From: Rhizobium sp. Q54 | GTDB taxonomy: Bacteria > Pseudomonadota > Alphaproteobacteria > SHVV01 | Reading direction: 5' to 3' | DNA length: 50,071 nt | Assembly: GCA_945903685.1 (NCBI GenBank) | Contig: CAMDOQ010000001.1 | Coordinates: 1 to 50,071 of the forward strand | In this document: positions 1 to 9,003 of the stretch, in pieces | Numbering within the stretch: position 1 is the first letter of the stretch | Layout: every line of letters begins with the position of its first letter | Notes under the pieces: generated by a model | What the model was told of the DNA's origin: nothing | Seen by the model: the letters and a program-made list of their open reading frames with translations, nothing else | Database searches by the model: none | Position numbers and translations under genes: made by a program

Positions 1-279
1 CACGCGCACGTTCGAGAGCAGGTGGCGGTCGAACCGATAGCTGTAGATCAACGCGTTGCGGAATACGTTGATGCGGTCGCGCAGCATGCCGATGCCGTCG
101 CAGTAGACCAATGGCAGGTCGCGGCCGCGATCCGAATTCTCGCGCGACACGATCTTGTAGACGCAGTCGTCGACGAACAGCTCCGGCCACGCCTCGAGGC
201 GGCCGTCGTCGATCGCCTCGACGTAGTCGTAGAGCAGGTTGGTGATCCGCTCGGTGAGCGTGAGTTCTACGGCCGCCAT
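1..279 (-). CDS. Aromatic-ring-hydroxylating dioxygenase beta (small) subunit, N-terminal 93 codons; continues past the window start
   Basis: Hand translation of the minus strand from ATG at 279 gives MAAVELTLTERITNLLYDYVEAIDDGRLEAWPELFVDDCVYKIVSREN...YSYRFDRHLLSNVRV, open to position 1. The NTF2-like pattern (W..LF..D..Y, R-H-x-x-S-N) is typical of RHO beta subunits. The start overlaps the alpha-subunit stop (267-269) by 13 nt. It is absent from the ORF track because it is open-ended. Confidence 0.75.
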   Translation of the reverse strand, partial: MAAVELTLTERITNLLYDYVEAIDDGRLEAWPELFVDDCVYKIVSRENSDRGRDLPLVYCDGIGMLRDRINVFRNALIYSYRFDRHLLSNVRV

Positions 280-1535
280 GTCGCGCCGCCTTCGGGCTCG
301 AACCCCATCAAATGGCAGTAGTAGCGCCAGAATCCGCGCACCGGAATCTCGGTCAACGGCGAGTCGGGATCGACGATCGGGCCGGTGCCGCCCATCTCGA
401 TCACCGTGTTGGCGGTGGGGTTGGCGCCGAGCACGTCCTGAATCAGCGCGCCGACCTCACCGTCCTCGATCGAGACCAGCCCGGCCGGGCCGATCATGTT
501 GTTCTGCAGAAGCCGGCGCTTCCGCAGGTCGGGGTCGTCGCCCTTGTAGCCGAACACGGTCCAATGCAGCTCGAACTCGCCCGCCGATTTGGGCCGGATC
601 TGGCGGGCTGCCAGCGTGTTCGACAAGCGCTGGAAGAAGCCGTTCGGAAACAGCGTCATCATCAGGATCGAGCGGCCGTCCTGGAACTCATCGATGAACT
701 CGATCATCCGGGTGTCGTTGAGCTTGAGCGTGTCGTCGATCACCTTGGCATCGCCGTAGCCGGCTTTGGCGGCCTCCGTGTCGTCACTGCCATAGTCGAC
801 GTAGATGATGCGGTGGCGCTTCAGCTTGTCCATGTGGGAGCCGCCGCGCTGGGTCGAGCGCGAGATGCCGAACGTCGCCTGGAACTGGTGCAGAAGCCCG
901 GCGTGGTACGAATCCATCAAATTCTCGAAGTAGAACTTCCAGTTGCCGGGTATGCGTTGGCGCCAGTAGCCCAGGACCTCGATCGGGCGGCCGAGGGTGA
1001 GGTCGATATAGTCGCGCATCGGCTTGTCGAGGTAACTCTCGAGTGGCTCGACATCGCGCCGATACGAGCCGAATACGACGCCGCCGTAGGTCGCGACCTT
1101 GAGCGTGGTCAGACCGTGGTCGGCCTTGTCGAACGTGGCCGGCATGCCGCTCTTGCCGTTGTACCCGCGCTGGAACGGCACCCCGATCAGCTTGCCCGCG
1201 AGGTCGTAGCACCAGTGATGATAAATGCAGGTGTGGCTCTTGACGTTGCCCTGGTTGTGGCGGACGAGCTTGGTGCCCTTGTGGGCGCAGCGATTCTCGA
1301 ACGCGTGCACCGAGCCGTCGTCGGCGCGGTTGACCACCACCGGCTTGTCGCCGACATAGACGACGACATAGTCGCCGACGTTCGGGATCTCGGCCTCGAG
1401 GCAGAGATAGTTCCAGACCGGGCCTTGAAAGATGCGCTCCATCTCGCGCGCGAACACGTCGGCGTTGTTGAAGACGCTCAACGGGACGCGGCTGAAGTCC
1501 GCCTTTGGCCACTTGATCTCGTCCGGTTGCTGCAT
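267..1535 (-). CDS. Rieske [2Fe-2S] aromatic-ring-hydroxylating dioxygenase alpha (large) subunit
   Basis: The ORF 267..1733 contains the Rieske motif CAHKGTKLV...CIYHHWCYD (C-x-H...C-x-x-H). I chose the start at the internal ATG 1535 (MQQPDEIKWPKADFSRV...) because the upstream 66 residues are Arg-rich with no domain-like sequence. It is followed by a beta subunit gene. Confidence 0.85.
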   Translation of the reverse strand: MQQPDEIKWPKADFSRVPLSVFNNADVFAREMERIFQGPVWNYLCLEAEIPNVGDYVVVYVGDKPVVVNRADDGSVHAFENRCAHKGTKLVRHNQGNVKSHTCIYHHWCYDLAGKLIGVPFQRGYNGKSGMPATFDKADHGLTTLKVATYGGVVFGSYRRDVEPLESYLDKPMRDYIDLTLGRPIEVLGYWRQRIPGNWKFYFENLMDSYHAGLLHQFQATFGISRSTQRGGSHMDKLKRHRIIYVDYGSDDTEAAKAGYGDAKVIDDTLKLNDTRMIEFIDEFQDGRSILMMTLFPNGFFQRLSNTLAARQIRPKSAGEFELHWTVFGYKGDDPDLRKRRLLQNNMIGPAGLVSIEDGEVGALIQDVLGANPTANTVIEMGGTGPIVDPDSPLTEIPVRGFWRYYCHLMGFEPEGGATWRP

Positions 1536-1711
1536 CGTCGACCTTCTGAAACGGTGTGCGGTCGGCGCATTATCGGCCGCGCGTCGCCGCCCTGCAAACG
1601 TAAGTCGATCCGGGCGGCGCACGGACGGCCTTGAAAGCATATGGATTTGCTGTAGTAGAAGAGCGCTGAAAGTCGTTGTCCTGCGCGCGCAACACGAACC
1701 TCCGGAGCGCC

Positions 1712-2827
1712 ATGGCCGCAAACGTAACGCCAAGTCGGGGCGCCGCCGTGCGCATCGATCGGCTGCGCAAGACGTTCGGGTCCGCGGTCGCGGTCGATTC
1801 GATCTCGCTCGATATTCCGACCGGGAGCTTCGTCACCCTGCTCGGACCGTCGGGATCGGGCAAGACCACGACCCTGAACCTGATTGCCGGATTTCTGTCG
1901 CCCGATGCCGGCTCGATTCTGTTCGACGGCGCCATCGTCTCCAACGTCCCGACCCACAAGCGCAACATCGGCATGGTGTTCCAGAACTATGCCCTGTTTC
2001 CGCACATGACCGTGTTCGACAATGTCGGTTTTCCGCTCAAGATGCGGACCAAGCTCACGAGCGCCGAAGCGCGAACGCGGATCCTGGAGACGCTGGCGCT
2101 GGTCGAGCTTAACGGGTTCGAGGCGCGGTATCCGCGCCAGCTCTCGGGCGGTCAGCAGCAGCGCGTGGCGATGGCGCGCGCGCTGGTCTCGCATCCGCGG
2201 CTCCTGTTGATGGACGAGCCCTTGGGCGCGCTCGACAAGAAACTCCGCGAGCAGATGCAGTTCGAGATCAAGAACATCCACCGCTCGATCGGCACCACCT
2301 TCGTCTACGTGACCCACGATCAGACCGAAGCGCTCACCATGTCCGACCTGATCGTGGTCATGAACTACGGCAAGATCGAACAAGCGGGGACGCCGCGTCA
2401 GCTCTATGAGACGCCCGAGAACCAGTTCGTCGCCGATTTCCTGGGCGGCGCCAACCTGCTGCCGGGTACGGTCGCGGCGGTTGCGGCCGATCACTTCAGC
2501 GTCGCGGTCGAGGGCGGGTTCACGGTGCAGGTGCCGCGCGATCGGGTCGCCGCCAAGGCCGGCGACGCGGTGAGCGTCCTGGTGCGGCCCGAGGAAGTCG
2601 GGGTCGCGCTGACCGAGGACCGCCAGGCAGGCGCCGAGTGCGTGGCCGGCACCGTGACCGCGGTCGGCTACTTGGGCGATTCCCTGAAGCTCGAAATCGC
2701 CGTCGCCGGTATCGCCATCGGGGCCAAACTGGCGCGCGCGCGCGGCTTCTCGATCGAGAGCGGCCAGCGCGTGTTCGTGTCGTGGCCGCGGGCGAGCGCG
2801 CGGCTTCTGCTCCGGAGCACGCGGTGA
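1712..2827 (+). CDS. ABC transporter ATP-binding protein, PotA/spermidine-putrescine-like importer type
   Basis: Walker A GPSGSGKTT, ABC signature LSGGQQQRVAMARAL, Walker B LLLMDEPLGALD, and a C-terminal TOBE-like extension. The start is ATG 1712 (MAANVTPSRG...); the track ORF begins at 1676. Confidence 0.9.
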   Translation: MAANVTPSRGAAVRIDRLRKTFGSAVAVDSISLDIPTGSFVTLLGPSGSGKTTTLNLIAGFLSPDAGSILFDGAIVSNVPTHKRNIGMVFQNYALFPHMTVFDNVGFPLKMRTKLTSAEARTRILETLALVELNGFEARYPRQLSGGQQQRVAMARALVSHPRLLLMDEPLGALDKKLREQMQFEIKNIHRSIGTTFVYVTHDQTEALTMSDLIVVMNYGKIEQAGTPRQLYETPENQFVADFLGGANLLPGTVAAVAADHFSVAVEGGFTVQVPRDRVAAKAGDAVSVLVRPEEVGVALTEDRQAGAECVAGTVTAVGYLGDSLKLEIAVAGIAIGAKLARARGFSIESGQRVFVSWPRASARLLLRSTR

Positions 2828-2859
2828 CGGTACCGGTCGCCGACCCCGCACCGGCGCGG

Positions 2860-3705
2860 ATGTCGCTCAACCGCGCGCTGGTGCCGGCGCTCTTGCTTGG
2901 GCCGACGTTGCTGTGGATCTTTTTCTTCTTCCTGTGGCCGCTCGGTCTCATGGTGTGGCAGAGCTTCATCGTCAAGGACGCGTTTTCGCTCGATCACTAC
3001 GCATCGCTGTTCACGACGCCGATCTACGCCCGGGCGCTGTGGACGACGTTCGAAATCTCGATCATCTGTACCGTCGGTTCGCTGATCCTCGGTTACCCGG
3101 TCGCCTACTACCTCGTCGTCGGCGATGCCCGGATTCGCGCCGTCGTGATGATCCTGGTCATCATCCCGTACTGGCTCGACTACATCGTGCGCAGTTTCTC
3201 GTGGCTGATCTTGTTCGGTCGCCGCGGCTTGGTGAACCGGTTCCTGATCGATATCGGGCTCATTACCGAACCGCTTCAGCTTCTCTACAATTTGGGCAGC
3301 GTCCTGGTCGGCATGATCCAGATCATGCTGCCGTTGATGATTCTGACCCTGTTCGGCGCGATGCTGCGCATCAACCGGCAGCTGGTGGCGGCGGCCGAGA
3401 TTCACGGCGCCAGCCCGTGGCGCGCGTTCTGGAGCGTGTTTTTCCCCTTGAGCCTGCCCGGGGTTTACGCCGCGTTCCTCCTGGTCTTCATTATTTCGCT
3501 CGGTTTCTACATCACGCCCGCGCTGCTCGGCAGTCCCAAGGAGACGATGATCTCGCAGATCATCATGTTGGTTGCGACCGAGCTGTTCGACTGGCCGCTC
3601 GCGAGCGCGGCCGGCGTTCTGCTGCTCGCGGTCACGATCGCGGTCGTCATCGCCTACAACCGCGCCTTCTCGATCGAACGCCTGTGGGGCGGGAAGGAAG
3701 CATGA
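2860..3705 (+). CDS. ABC transporter permease (PotB-like, BPD inner-membrane component)
   Basis: The hydrophobic polytopic sequence starts MSLNRALVPALLLGPTLLWIFFFFLWP. An EAA-like loop (AAAEIHGASPWRAFWSVFFP) is present. An alternative GTG start at 24 codons upstream (2824) would overlap the ATPase stop. The upstream part of the track ORF is Arg-rich. Confidence 0.85.
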   Translation: MSLNRALVPALLLGPTLLWIFFFFLWPLGLMVWQSFIVKDAFSLDHYASLFTTPIYARALWTTFEISIICTVGSLILGYPVAYYLVVGDARIRAVVMILVIIPYWLDYIVRSFSWLILFGRRGLVNRFLIDIGLITEPLQLLYNLGSVLVGMIQIMLPLMILTLFGAMLRINRQLVAAAEIHGASPWRAFWSVFFPLSLPGVYAAFLLVFIISLGFYITPALLGSPKETMISQIIMLVATELFDWPLASAAGVLLLAVTIAVVIAYNRAFSIERLWGGKEA

Positions 3706-4511
3706 GCGTGCGCGTTGGCCGGCTGGCGATTCCGACCGGCACGCTGCTGGTCCTGCTCTATTTGCTGTTTCCGGTCGTGGTTGTCGTCTTGATCTCGTTC
3801 AGCTCGGCGCGGTTCCTGTCGTTCCCGCCGCCCGGCTACTCGATCCAGTGGTACGCCAAGCTCCTGTCCGACCCCGATTGGCTCAACTCGCTTGCCATTA
3901 CCCTCCAGGTCGGCGCGCTCACGACCGTGTTCTCAACCCTGTTGGGCGTGCCGGCGGCGTTCGCGCTGTCGCGCTACGGCATCCCCGGTCGCTCGTTCGT
4001 GACTGCGTTGATCTTGGCATCGCTCATTACCCCGACCATCATCAAAGGGCTGTCGCTTTACCTCTTTTACGTACCGCTGGGTCTGGTCAACACGATCTGG
4101 GGTTTGGCGGCGGCGCACACGGTCTCGGGCCTCCCCTACGTCGTCATCAATACGATCGCGAGCCTCCGCAGCGCCGATCGCGACCTCGAGCGCGCTGCCG
4201 TCATCCACGGCGCCAGCCCGCTATGGGCGGTGGTACGGATCACGCTTCCGATCATCGCGCCCGGCATCATGGTCGGCGCGGTGTTCGCGTTCATCCAGTC
4301 GGTCCACGAGCTCCTGGTCGCCTTGTTCGTGCTCGGCGGTGTCGAAAAACCGCTCGCCGTCAAGTTGTGGGCTGGCGTCCGGTCCGAAGTCGACCCCACC
4401 ATCGCCGCGGTCTCGACCGGCCTGATAGGGATGGCGGTCTTGGCCTACGCCTGCGCCGGAGTAGCCCAGCTCCTATCGAAGCGCCGGGGCCTCCCGGCTG
4501 CCGGCCCATAA
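3702..4511 (+). CDS. ABC transporter permease (PotC-like)
   Basis: ATG 3702 overlaps the upstream stop in an ATGA coupling. The sequence MSVRVGRLAIPTGTLLVLLYLLFPVVVVVLISF... is polytopic and has the EAA-like loop ERAAVIHGASPLWAVVRITLP. The track merges it into a long ORF from 2913 whose first part is out-of-frame noise. Confidence 0.85.
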   Translation: MSVRVGRLAIPTGTLLVLLYLLFPVVVVVLISFSSARFLSFPPPGYSIQWYAKLLSDPDWLNSLAITLQVGALTTVFSTLLGVPAAFALSRYGIPGRSFVTALILASLITPTIIKGLSLYLFYVPLGLVNTIWGLAAAHTVSGLPYVVINTIASLRSADRDLERAAVIHGASPLWAVVRITLPIIAPGIMVGAVFAFIQSVHELLVALFVLGGVEKPLAVKLWAGVRSEVDPTIAAVSTGLIGMAVLAYACAGVAQLLSKRRGLPAAGP

Positions 4512-4577
4512 ATAGACTCGCGCCACCGGGCGGACTATCCTCCGCCCAATCGAATAAGGCCACGAGGGAGGTGCTAA

Positions 4578-5732
4578 ATGCGTCATCATGAGAAGGACAA
4601 GGAACTCGCGCTCAGCCTGTTGCGCGAAGCTTTGGACGAGACGCGCGGACTCGACCGCCGGGCGTTCGTAAAGAAATTGGGCCAGGTTGCCGCCGGGTCG
4701 GCGATCTTGGGCTCGTTCATGGGCATGGCCGGAAGCGCCGGAGCCCAGACCCGCACGCTCACGACCATGAATTGGGGCGGCTCGTTCCAAGAAGCGATGG
4801 TGGGCGCCTTCATCAGTCCGTTCGAAAAGAACAACCCGGCCATCAAGGTCCAGTATCTGACGCCCTACAACTTCGCCAAACTCGTCGCCGCGCATCAGGC
4901 CAAGGCGCAGGAAGTCGACACGTTGACGCTCGCCTCGGTCGACATGCTGCGGGCGCAGGAAGCCGGCATGTTCCAGCCGCTCGATTGGAGCAAGATCGAC
5001 AAAACGAAGCTCTCGGAGCAGCAGTACACCACCCTCCCGAACACGATTTCGTCGCTCACGCTCTCCGACGTCATGGTCTTCAACAAGAAGAAGTGGCCGA
5101 GCGGCAACCATCCGAAGTCGTGGGCCGATTTCTGGGACGTCAAGAAATTCCCGGGCCCGCGCGCGCTCGAGCGCCAGGCCAACAAGGCGATCCCGATCGC
5201 GTTGATGGCCGACGGCATGGACCCCAAGGATCCCAAGTTCTATCCGCTCGACGTCTATCGCGCGTTCAAGAAACTCAACGAGATCAAGCCGCACATTAAG
5301 AAGTGGTTCACCCAGGGCGGCGAGCAGCAGCAGATGATTGAGAACGAAGAGGTTGATCTCCTGCTGATGTGGAACGGCCGCGCCGCCGACTCGATCCTCA
5401 AGAACAAGGTGTCCTACGAGATCGTGTGGAACCAGGCGCTCTATACCGGCATCCTGCAAGGCTGGGCGATTCTGACCGGGGCCAAGAACCCGGATGATGC
5501 GCACAAGCTGCTCGACTTCGTCGGGCGGGCGGAGCCGCAAGCGGCGTTCGCACGGCTGATCTACTACGGCCCGGCGAACCTCAAAGCCTATGACCTGCTC
5601 GAGCCGGCGTTCGGCAAACTGATGCCCTCGCACCCCGACAACGTCAAGGTTGCGCACCAGTACGACTATCGTTGGTTGTCGACCAACTTGACCGAGATCA
5701 CGCGCAAGTTCGAAGCGTGGTTGACGGCCTAA
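4578..5732 (+). CDS. ABC transporter periplasmic substrate-binding protein (family 1, PotD/PotF-like) with a Tat-type signal
   Basis: Shine-Dalgarno GAGGGAGG lies about 7 nt upstream. A twin-arginine-like motif LDRRAFVKKLG is followed by a hydrophobic stretch and AGAQ. The position after two permease genes fits an uptake operon. Confidence 0.8.
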   Translation: MRHHEKDKELALSLLREALDETRGLDRRAFVKKLGQVAAGSAILGSFMGMAGSAGAQTRTLTTMNWGGSFQEAMVGAFISPFEKNNPAIKVQYLTPYNFAKLVAAHQAKAQEVDTLTLASVDMLRAQEAGMFQPLDWSKIDKTKLSEQQYTTLPNTISSLTLSDVMVFNKKKWPSGNHPKSWADFWDVKKFPGPRALERQANKAIPIALMADGMDPKDPKFYPLDVYRAFKKLNEIKPHIKKWFTQGGEQQQMIENEEVDLLLMWNGRAADSILKNKVSYEIVWNQALYTGILQGWAILTGAKNPDDAHKLLDFVGRAEPQAAFARLIYYGPANLKAYDLLEPAFGKLMPSHPDNVKVAHQYDYRWLSTNLTEITRKFEAWLTA

Positions 5733-5777
5733 CGTAAGCGTCCCGAGCCTCGTCGTCGCGAGTGACGTCCCCGCGCT

Positions 5778-6926
5778 ATGTTTCGCAAGGACAGCGACGA
5801 CGAGGCCCGCTTTCGGGCCGAGGTCCGGACTTGGGTCGAGGCCAACGCGCCGGCGGCGCTCCGCGGTAGCTCGCGCCGGCCCAACCCCAGCGACACCCGC
5901 GCCTGGCACCGCGCGCTCTATGAGCGCGGGTGGTCGGCGCCGCATTGGCCGCGCGAGTACGGCGGCATGGGCGCGACGATCTATCAACAAGTGATCCTCG
6001 CCGAAGAGATCGCCCGCGCCGGCGCCCCGGCGTTGCACCCGCTCGGGCCCTACTTCCTCGCGCCCGCGCTGATGGCTTTTGGCACCGAGGCGCAGAAGCT
6101 GCGCCACCTGCCGCCGATCCTCACGGGCGAGGTGGTCTGGGCGCAGGGCTATTCCGAGCCCAACGCCGGTTCCGATCTCGCCAGCCTGCGCACGCGCGCC
6201 GAACTGGTCGGAGATCATTTCGTCGTCACCGGCCAGAAGATCTGGACCAGTTGGGCGCACGAGAGTGACTGGATGTTTGCCTTGGTTCGCTCCGACCCCG
6301 ACGCGAAGCCCAAGCAAGCCGGGATCAGTTTCCTGTTGATCGATTTGCTAAGCCCCGGGCTCACCATTCGCCCGATCGAGACCATCGCCGGCGACGACGA
6401 ACTGGCCGAGGTGTTCCTCGACAACGTCCGCGTCCCGCGCGAGAATCTGGTCGGTCCGCTGCACGGCGGCTGGAAAGTCGCGAACCACGTCCTGGGATTC
6501 GAGCGCGTCACCAGCGCCAATCCGTATCGGTGCTTCATGGTGCTGGCCGATGTCAAACGCCTGGCGCGCGCCAACGGTCTCCTGGACGATGCCGGCTTTC
6601 GCGACCGCCTGGTCAAGATCGAACTCGACGTCATCGCCCACGCCGCCATCTTCAATCATCTGATCGAGCTCGCCGCCGCCGGCAAACCGCTCGGCGCCGA
6701 CGCCTCGATCATCATGATCGTCGGCACCGAGACACTGCAACGGCTGTGCGATCTCTTGGTCGAAGCGGCGGGTCCGGCGGCGGCGCAGCGCGCGCCGATC
6801 GCGACCCCCGACGGGCCGGTCGAGGTCGCGACCGCGTTCCTCTATCACCGCCACGCCACCATCTACGGCGGATCCAACGAGATTCAGCGCAACGTCGTCG
6901 CCAAGCGCGTGCTTGGCATGAATTGA
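5778..6926 (+). CDS. Acyl-CoA dehydrogenase family protein (candidate catalytic subunit)
   Basis: ACAD-like length and motifs are present: WAQGYSEPNAGSDLASL and a C-terminal IYGGSNEIQRNVVAKRVLG. The usual MCAD-type Y-E-G glutamate reads Y-G-G. A glutamate sits in LGFERVTSA at the position I recall for IVD/LCAD-type bases. Confidence 0.8.
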   Translation: MFRKDSDDEARFRAEVRTWVEANAPAALRGSSRRPNPSDTRAWHRALYERGWSAPHWPREYGGMGATIYQQVILAEEIARAGAPALHPLGPYFLAPALMAFGTEAQKLRHLPPILTGEVVWAQGYSEPNAGSDLASLRTRAELVGDHFVVTGQKIWTSWAHESDWMFALVRSDPDAKPKQAGISFLLIDLLSPGLTIRPIETIAGDDELAEVFLDNVRVPRENLVGPLHGGWKVANHVLGFERVTSANPYRCFMVLADVKRLARANGLLDDAGFRDRLVKIELDVIAHAAIFNHLIELAAAGKPLGADASIIMIVGTETLQRLCDLLVEAAGPAAAQRAPIATPDGPVEVATAFLYHRHATIYGGSNEIQRNVVAKRVLGMN

Positions 6927-6984
6927 CGGCGGGCACGCCCGCCGTCCCACCCGAACCGAGCTCTTCTGCAGGAAAGAACCGACC

Positions 6985-7818
6985 ATGGCTCAAACGAAAT
7001 ACAAGACCGTCCTCGTCGACAAGGAAAACGGCATCACTTGGGTCACGTTCAACCGACCCGAAAAGCGGAACGCCTTCAATCCGACCATGGTCTACGAACT
7101 CGAGGAAATTTTCCTCGACCTCGAGACCGACGACGACACCCGCGTCGTCGTCGTCACCGGTGCCGGCAATAGCTGGAGCGCGGGCATGGACTTGAAGGAG
7201 TACTTCCGCGAGGGCGATGCCAATCCGCGCACGCGCTTTCGTTCCTACACTTCGATGGAACGCTGGGCCGGCGAGCTCATGTCGATGAGCCGCAAACCGT
7301 CGATTGCGATGGTGAACGGCTATGTATTCGGCGGTGCTTTCATTCCGGTCTGCAACGCCGACTTCGCGATCGCCGCCGAGGACGCGGTGTTCGGGCTGTC
7401 CGAGGTCAATTGGGGCGTGATTCCCGGCGGCGCCGTCGCCAAGGTGCTGGTCGACACCATCAACATCCGCGATGCCATGTACTACGCCACCACGGGCGAG
7501 ACGTTCGATGGCAAGAAGGCCGCCGAAATCAGGCTCGTCAACTTCGCGGTACCGCTCGACCGGCTGCGCGCCGAGACGATTGCTCTTGCCAACAAGCTCA
7601 TGGAAAAGAACCCAACCGTGCTCGCCTACACCAAACAGGCGATGAAGGCAGTGCGGCAGATGAGCTACAACGAGGCGCTCGAGTACCTGATGGCCAAGGG
7701 TACTGCGCTTCGGTTCGCCGATCGCAACCAGACCCGCGACGAAGGCATCAAGAAGTTCATCGACAAGAAGGAATTCAAACCGGGTTACACGGCGATCAAG
7801 GGCAAGGATACCGATTGA
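6985..7818 (+). CDS. Crotonase-superfamily enzyme resembling hydroxycinnamoyl-CoA hydratase-lyase (HCHL/Ech)
   Basis: Motifs match my recollection of HCHL: NRPEKRNA, GAGNSWSAGMDLKEYFRE, PSIAMVNGYVFGG, FGLSEVNWGVIPG, EKNPTVL and a C-terminal KKFIDKKEFKPG. The family call is firmer than the substrate call. Confidence 0.7.
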   Translation: MAQTKYKTVLVDKENGITWVTFNRPEKRNAFNPTMVYELEEIFLDLETDDDTRVVVVTGAGNSWSAGMDLKEYFREGDANPRTRFRSYTSMERWAGELMSMSRKPSIAMVNGYVFGGAFIPVCNADFAIAAEDAVFGLSEVNWGVIPGGAVAKVLVDTINIRDAMYYATTGETFDGKKAAEIRLVNFAVPLDRLRAETIALANKLMEKNPTVLAYTKQAMKAVRQMSYNEALEYLMAKGTALRFADRNQTRDEGIKKFIDKKEFKPGYTAIKGKDTD

Positions 7819-7863
7819 TCGGTTAGGTTGCTGCCGCGCGACGTCAGGGCTGGCGGAACGACG

Positions 7864-8955
7864 ATGGAACTCATTCTTGCCGAAGAGCAGCGGCTTTTAC
7901 GCGCCAGTGCTGAGCGGTTGATCGCCGAGTGTGCGGCGCCGCGGCCGGGCGAGCGCGCCGGCGCGGCGCGGCCGTTCGTGCCCGCGGTATGGACCAAGAT
8001 CGCCGAGGCCGGCTGGCTCGCGATCCTGGTGCCGGAAAGCGCGGGCGGCCTCGGCCTCGGCATCGTCGACTTGTGCCTGGTCGTCGAGGCCGCCGGGCAA
8101 GCGCCGCTCGTCGAGCCGATCGGATTGGCGGCGGTCGCAGCCGGTGCACTCGCCGCGAGCGAAAGCGGTCCGGATCGCGACCGTCTGCTCGATGCGAGCG
8201 TCTCTGGCGCGACGATCGTCGTTCCGGTTTTCGATGAGGGAGGGTCGCTCGCGCTCACCGGCGCGGCGCGCCCGGGCGGCGCGGTCGCGCTTTCGGGTAC
8301 CGTTGCCGGCGTCGGCGGGGCCGATCAGGCGGCGGGCTTCCTGGTCGCTGCCGAATCGGCGGACGGGCCCGCGCTGGCGTGGGTCGAGCGCGCCGCGGCC
8401 GGGCTCGACTGTAGCGTGGTGGCGACGGTCGATGCCGGCGCGGTCGCGACCCTCGGTTTCGCGGATACGCCCGCCCGGGTCCTCGCCGGCCCCAACCGCG
8501 CCGCAGCGATTCTCGCCCAGGCCTATGACCGCCTGTTGCTCGCGGCCAGCGCCGAGCTCTTGGGTGCGATGGAGCGCGCGCATGCCTTGGCGCTCGACTA
8601 CACCAAGACGCGCCAGCAATTCGATCGCCCGATCGCGAGCTTCCAGGCGCTTCAGCACCGCGCCGTCACCGACTACACCGAGATCGAGCTCACGCGCTCG
8701 TTGCTCTACCAGGTATGCACGCTGGCCGACGAAGGCCGGCTCGCGCCCGGGCTCGCCTCGGCGGTCAAAGCGCGGGCCTCGGCGGCGGCGCTCGCGGTCA
8801 CCAAATCGGCGATCCAGTTGCACGGCGCGATCGGCTATACCAGCGAGCTCGGCGTCGGCCGATACCTGAAACGCGCGCTCGCGCTCGGCAGTCAACACGG
8901 CAACGACGCGTGGCACCGGCGCCGCTACGCCCGCCTGACCGGGCTTGGCGGCTGA
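7864..8955 (+). CDS. Acyl-CoA dehydrogenase family protein, divergent (candidate non-catalytic partner subunit)
   Basis: The start is ATG 7864 (MELILAEEQRLLRASAERL...). It is Ala-rich with an ACAD-like C-terminal half (RQQFDRPIASFQALQHRAV, IQLHGAIGYTSE). Both common catalytic-base positions lack Glu (YDRLLLAAS and SQHGNDAW). Confidence 0.7.
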   Translation: MELILAEEQRLLRASAERLIAECAAPRPGERAGAARPFVPAVWTKIAEAGWLAILVPESAGGLGLGIVDLCLVVEAAGQAPLVEPIGLAAVAAGALAASESGPDRDRLLDASVSGATIVVPVFDEGGSLALTGAARPGGAVALSGTVAGVGGADQAAGFLVAAESADGPALAWVERAAAGLDCSVVATVDAGAVATLGFADTPARVLAGPNRAAAILAQAYDRLLLAASAELLGAMERAHALALDYTKTRQQFDRPIASFQALQHRAVTDYTEIELTRSLLYQVCTLADEGRLAPGLASAVKARASAAALAVTKSAIQLHGAIGYTSELGVGRYLKRALALGSQHGNDAWHRRRYARLTGLGG

Positions 8956-9003
8956 CGATCGCGGCACATGCGGCCTTTTCGACTCAATCCGAAGGAAAAA
9001 AAG

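Noticed and set aside
312-1634. Long plus-strand ORF (440 aa) antisense to the Rieske dioxygenase alpha gene. Similar long antisense ORFs occur at 4473-6317, 7897-8967, 18035-19192, 22668-24098, 26700-28280, 28744-29946, 32319-33602 and 39896-41362.
   Set aside because: Their translations are Arg/Ala/Gly/Asp-rich low-complexity strings with no motifs. Each lies opposite a gene with clear family signatures. Such shadow ORFs are expected in high-GC DNA because stop codons are rare.
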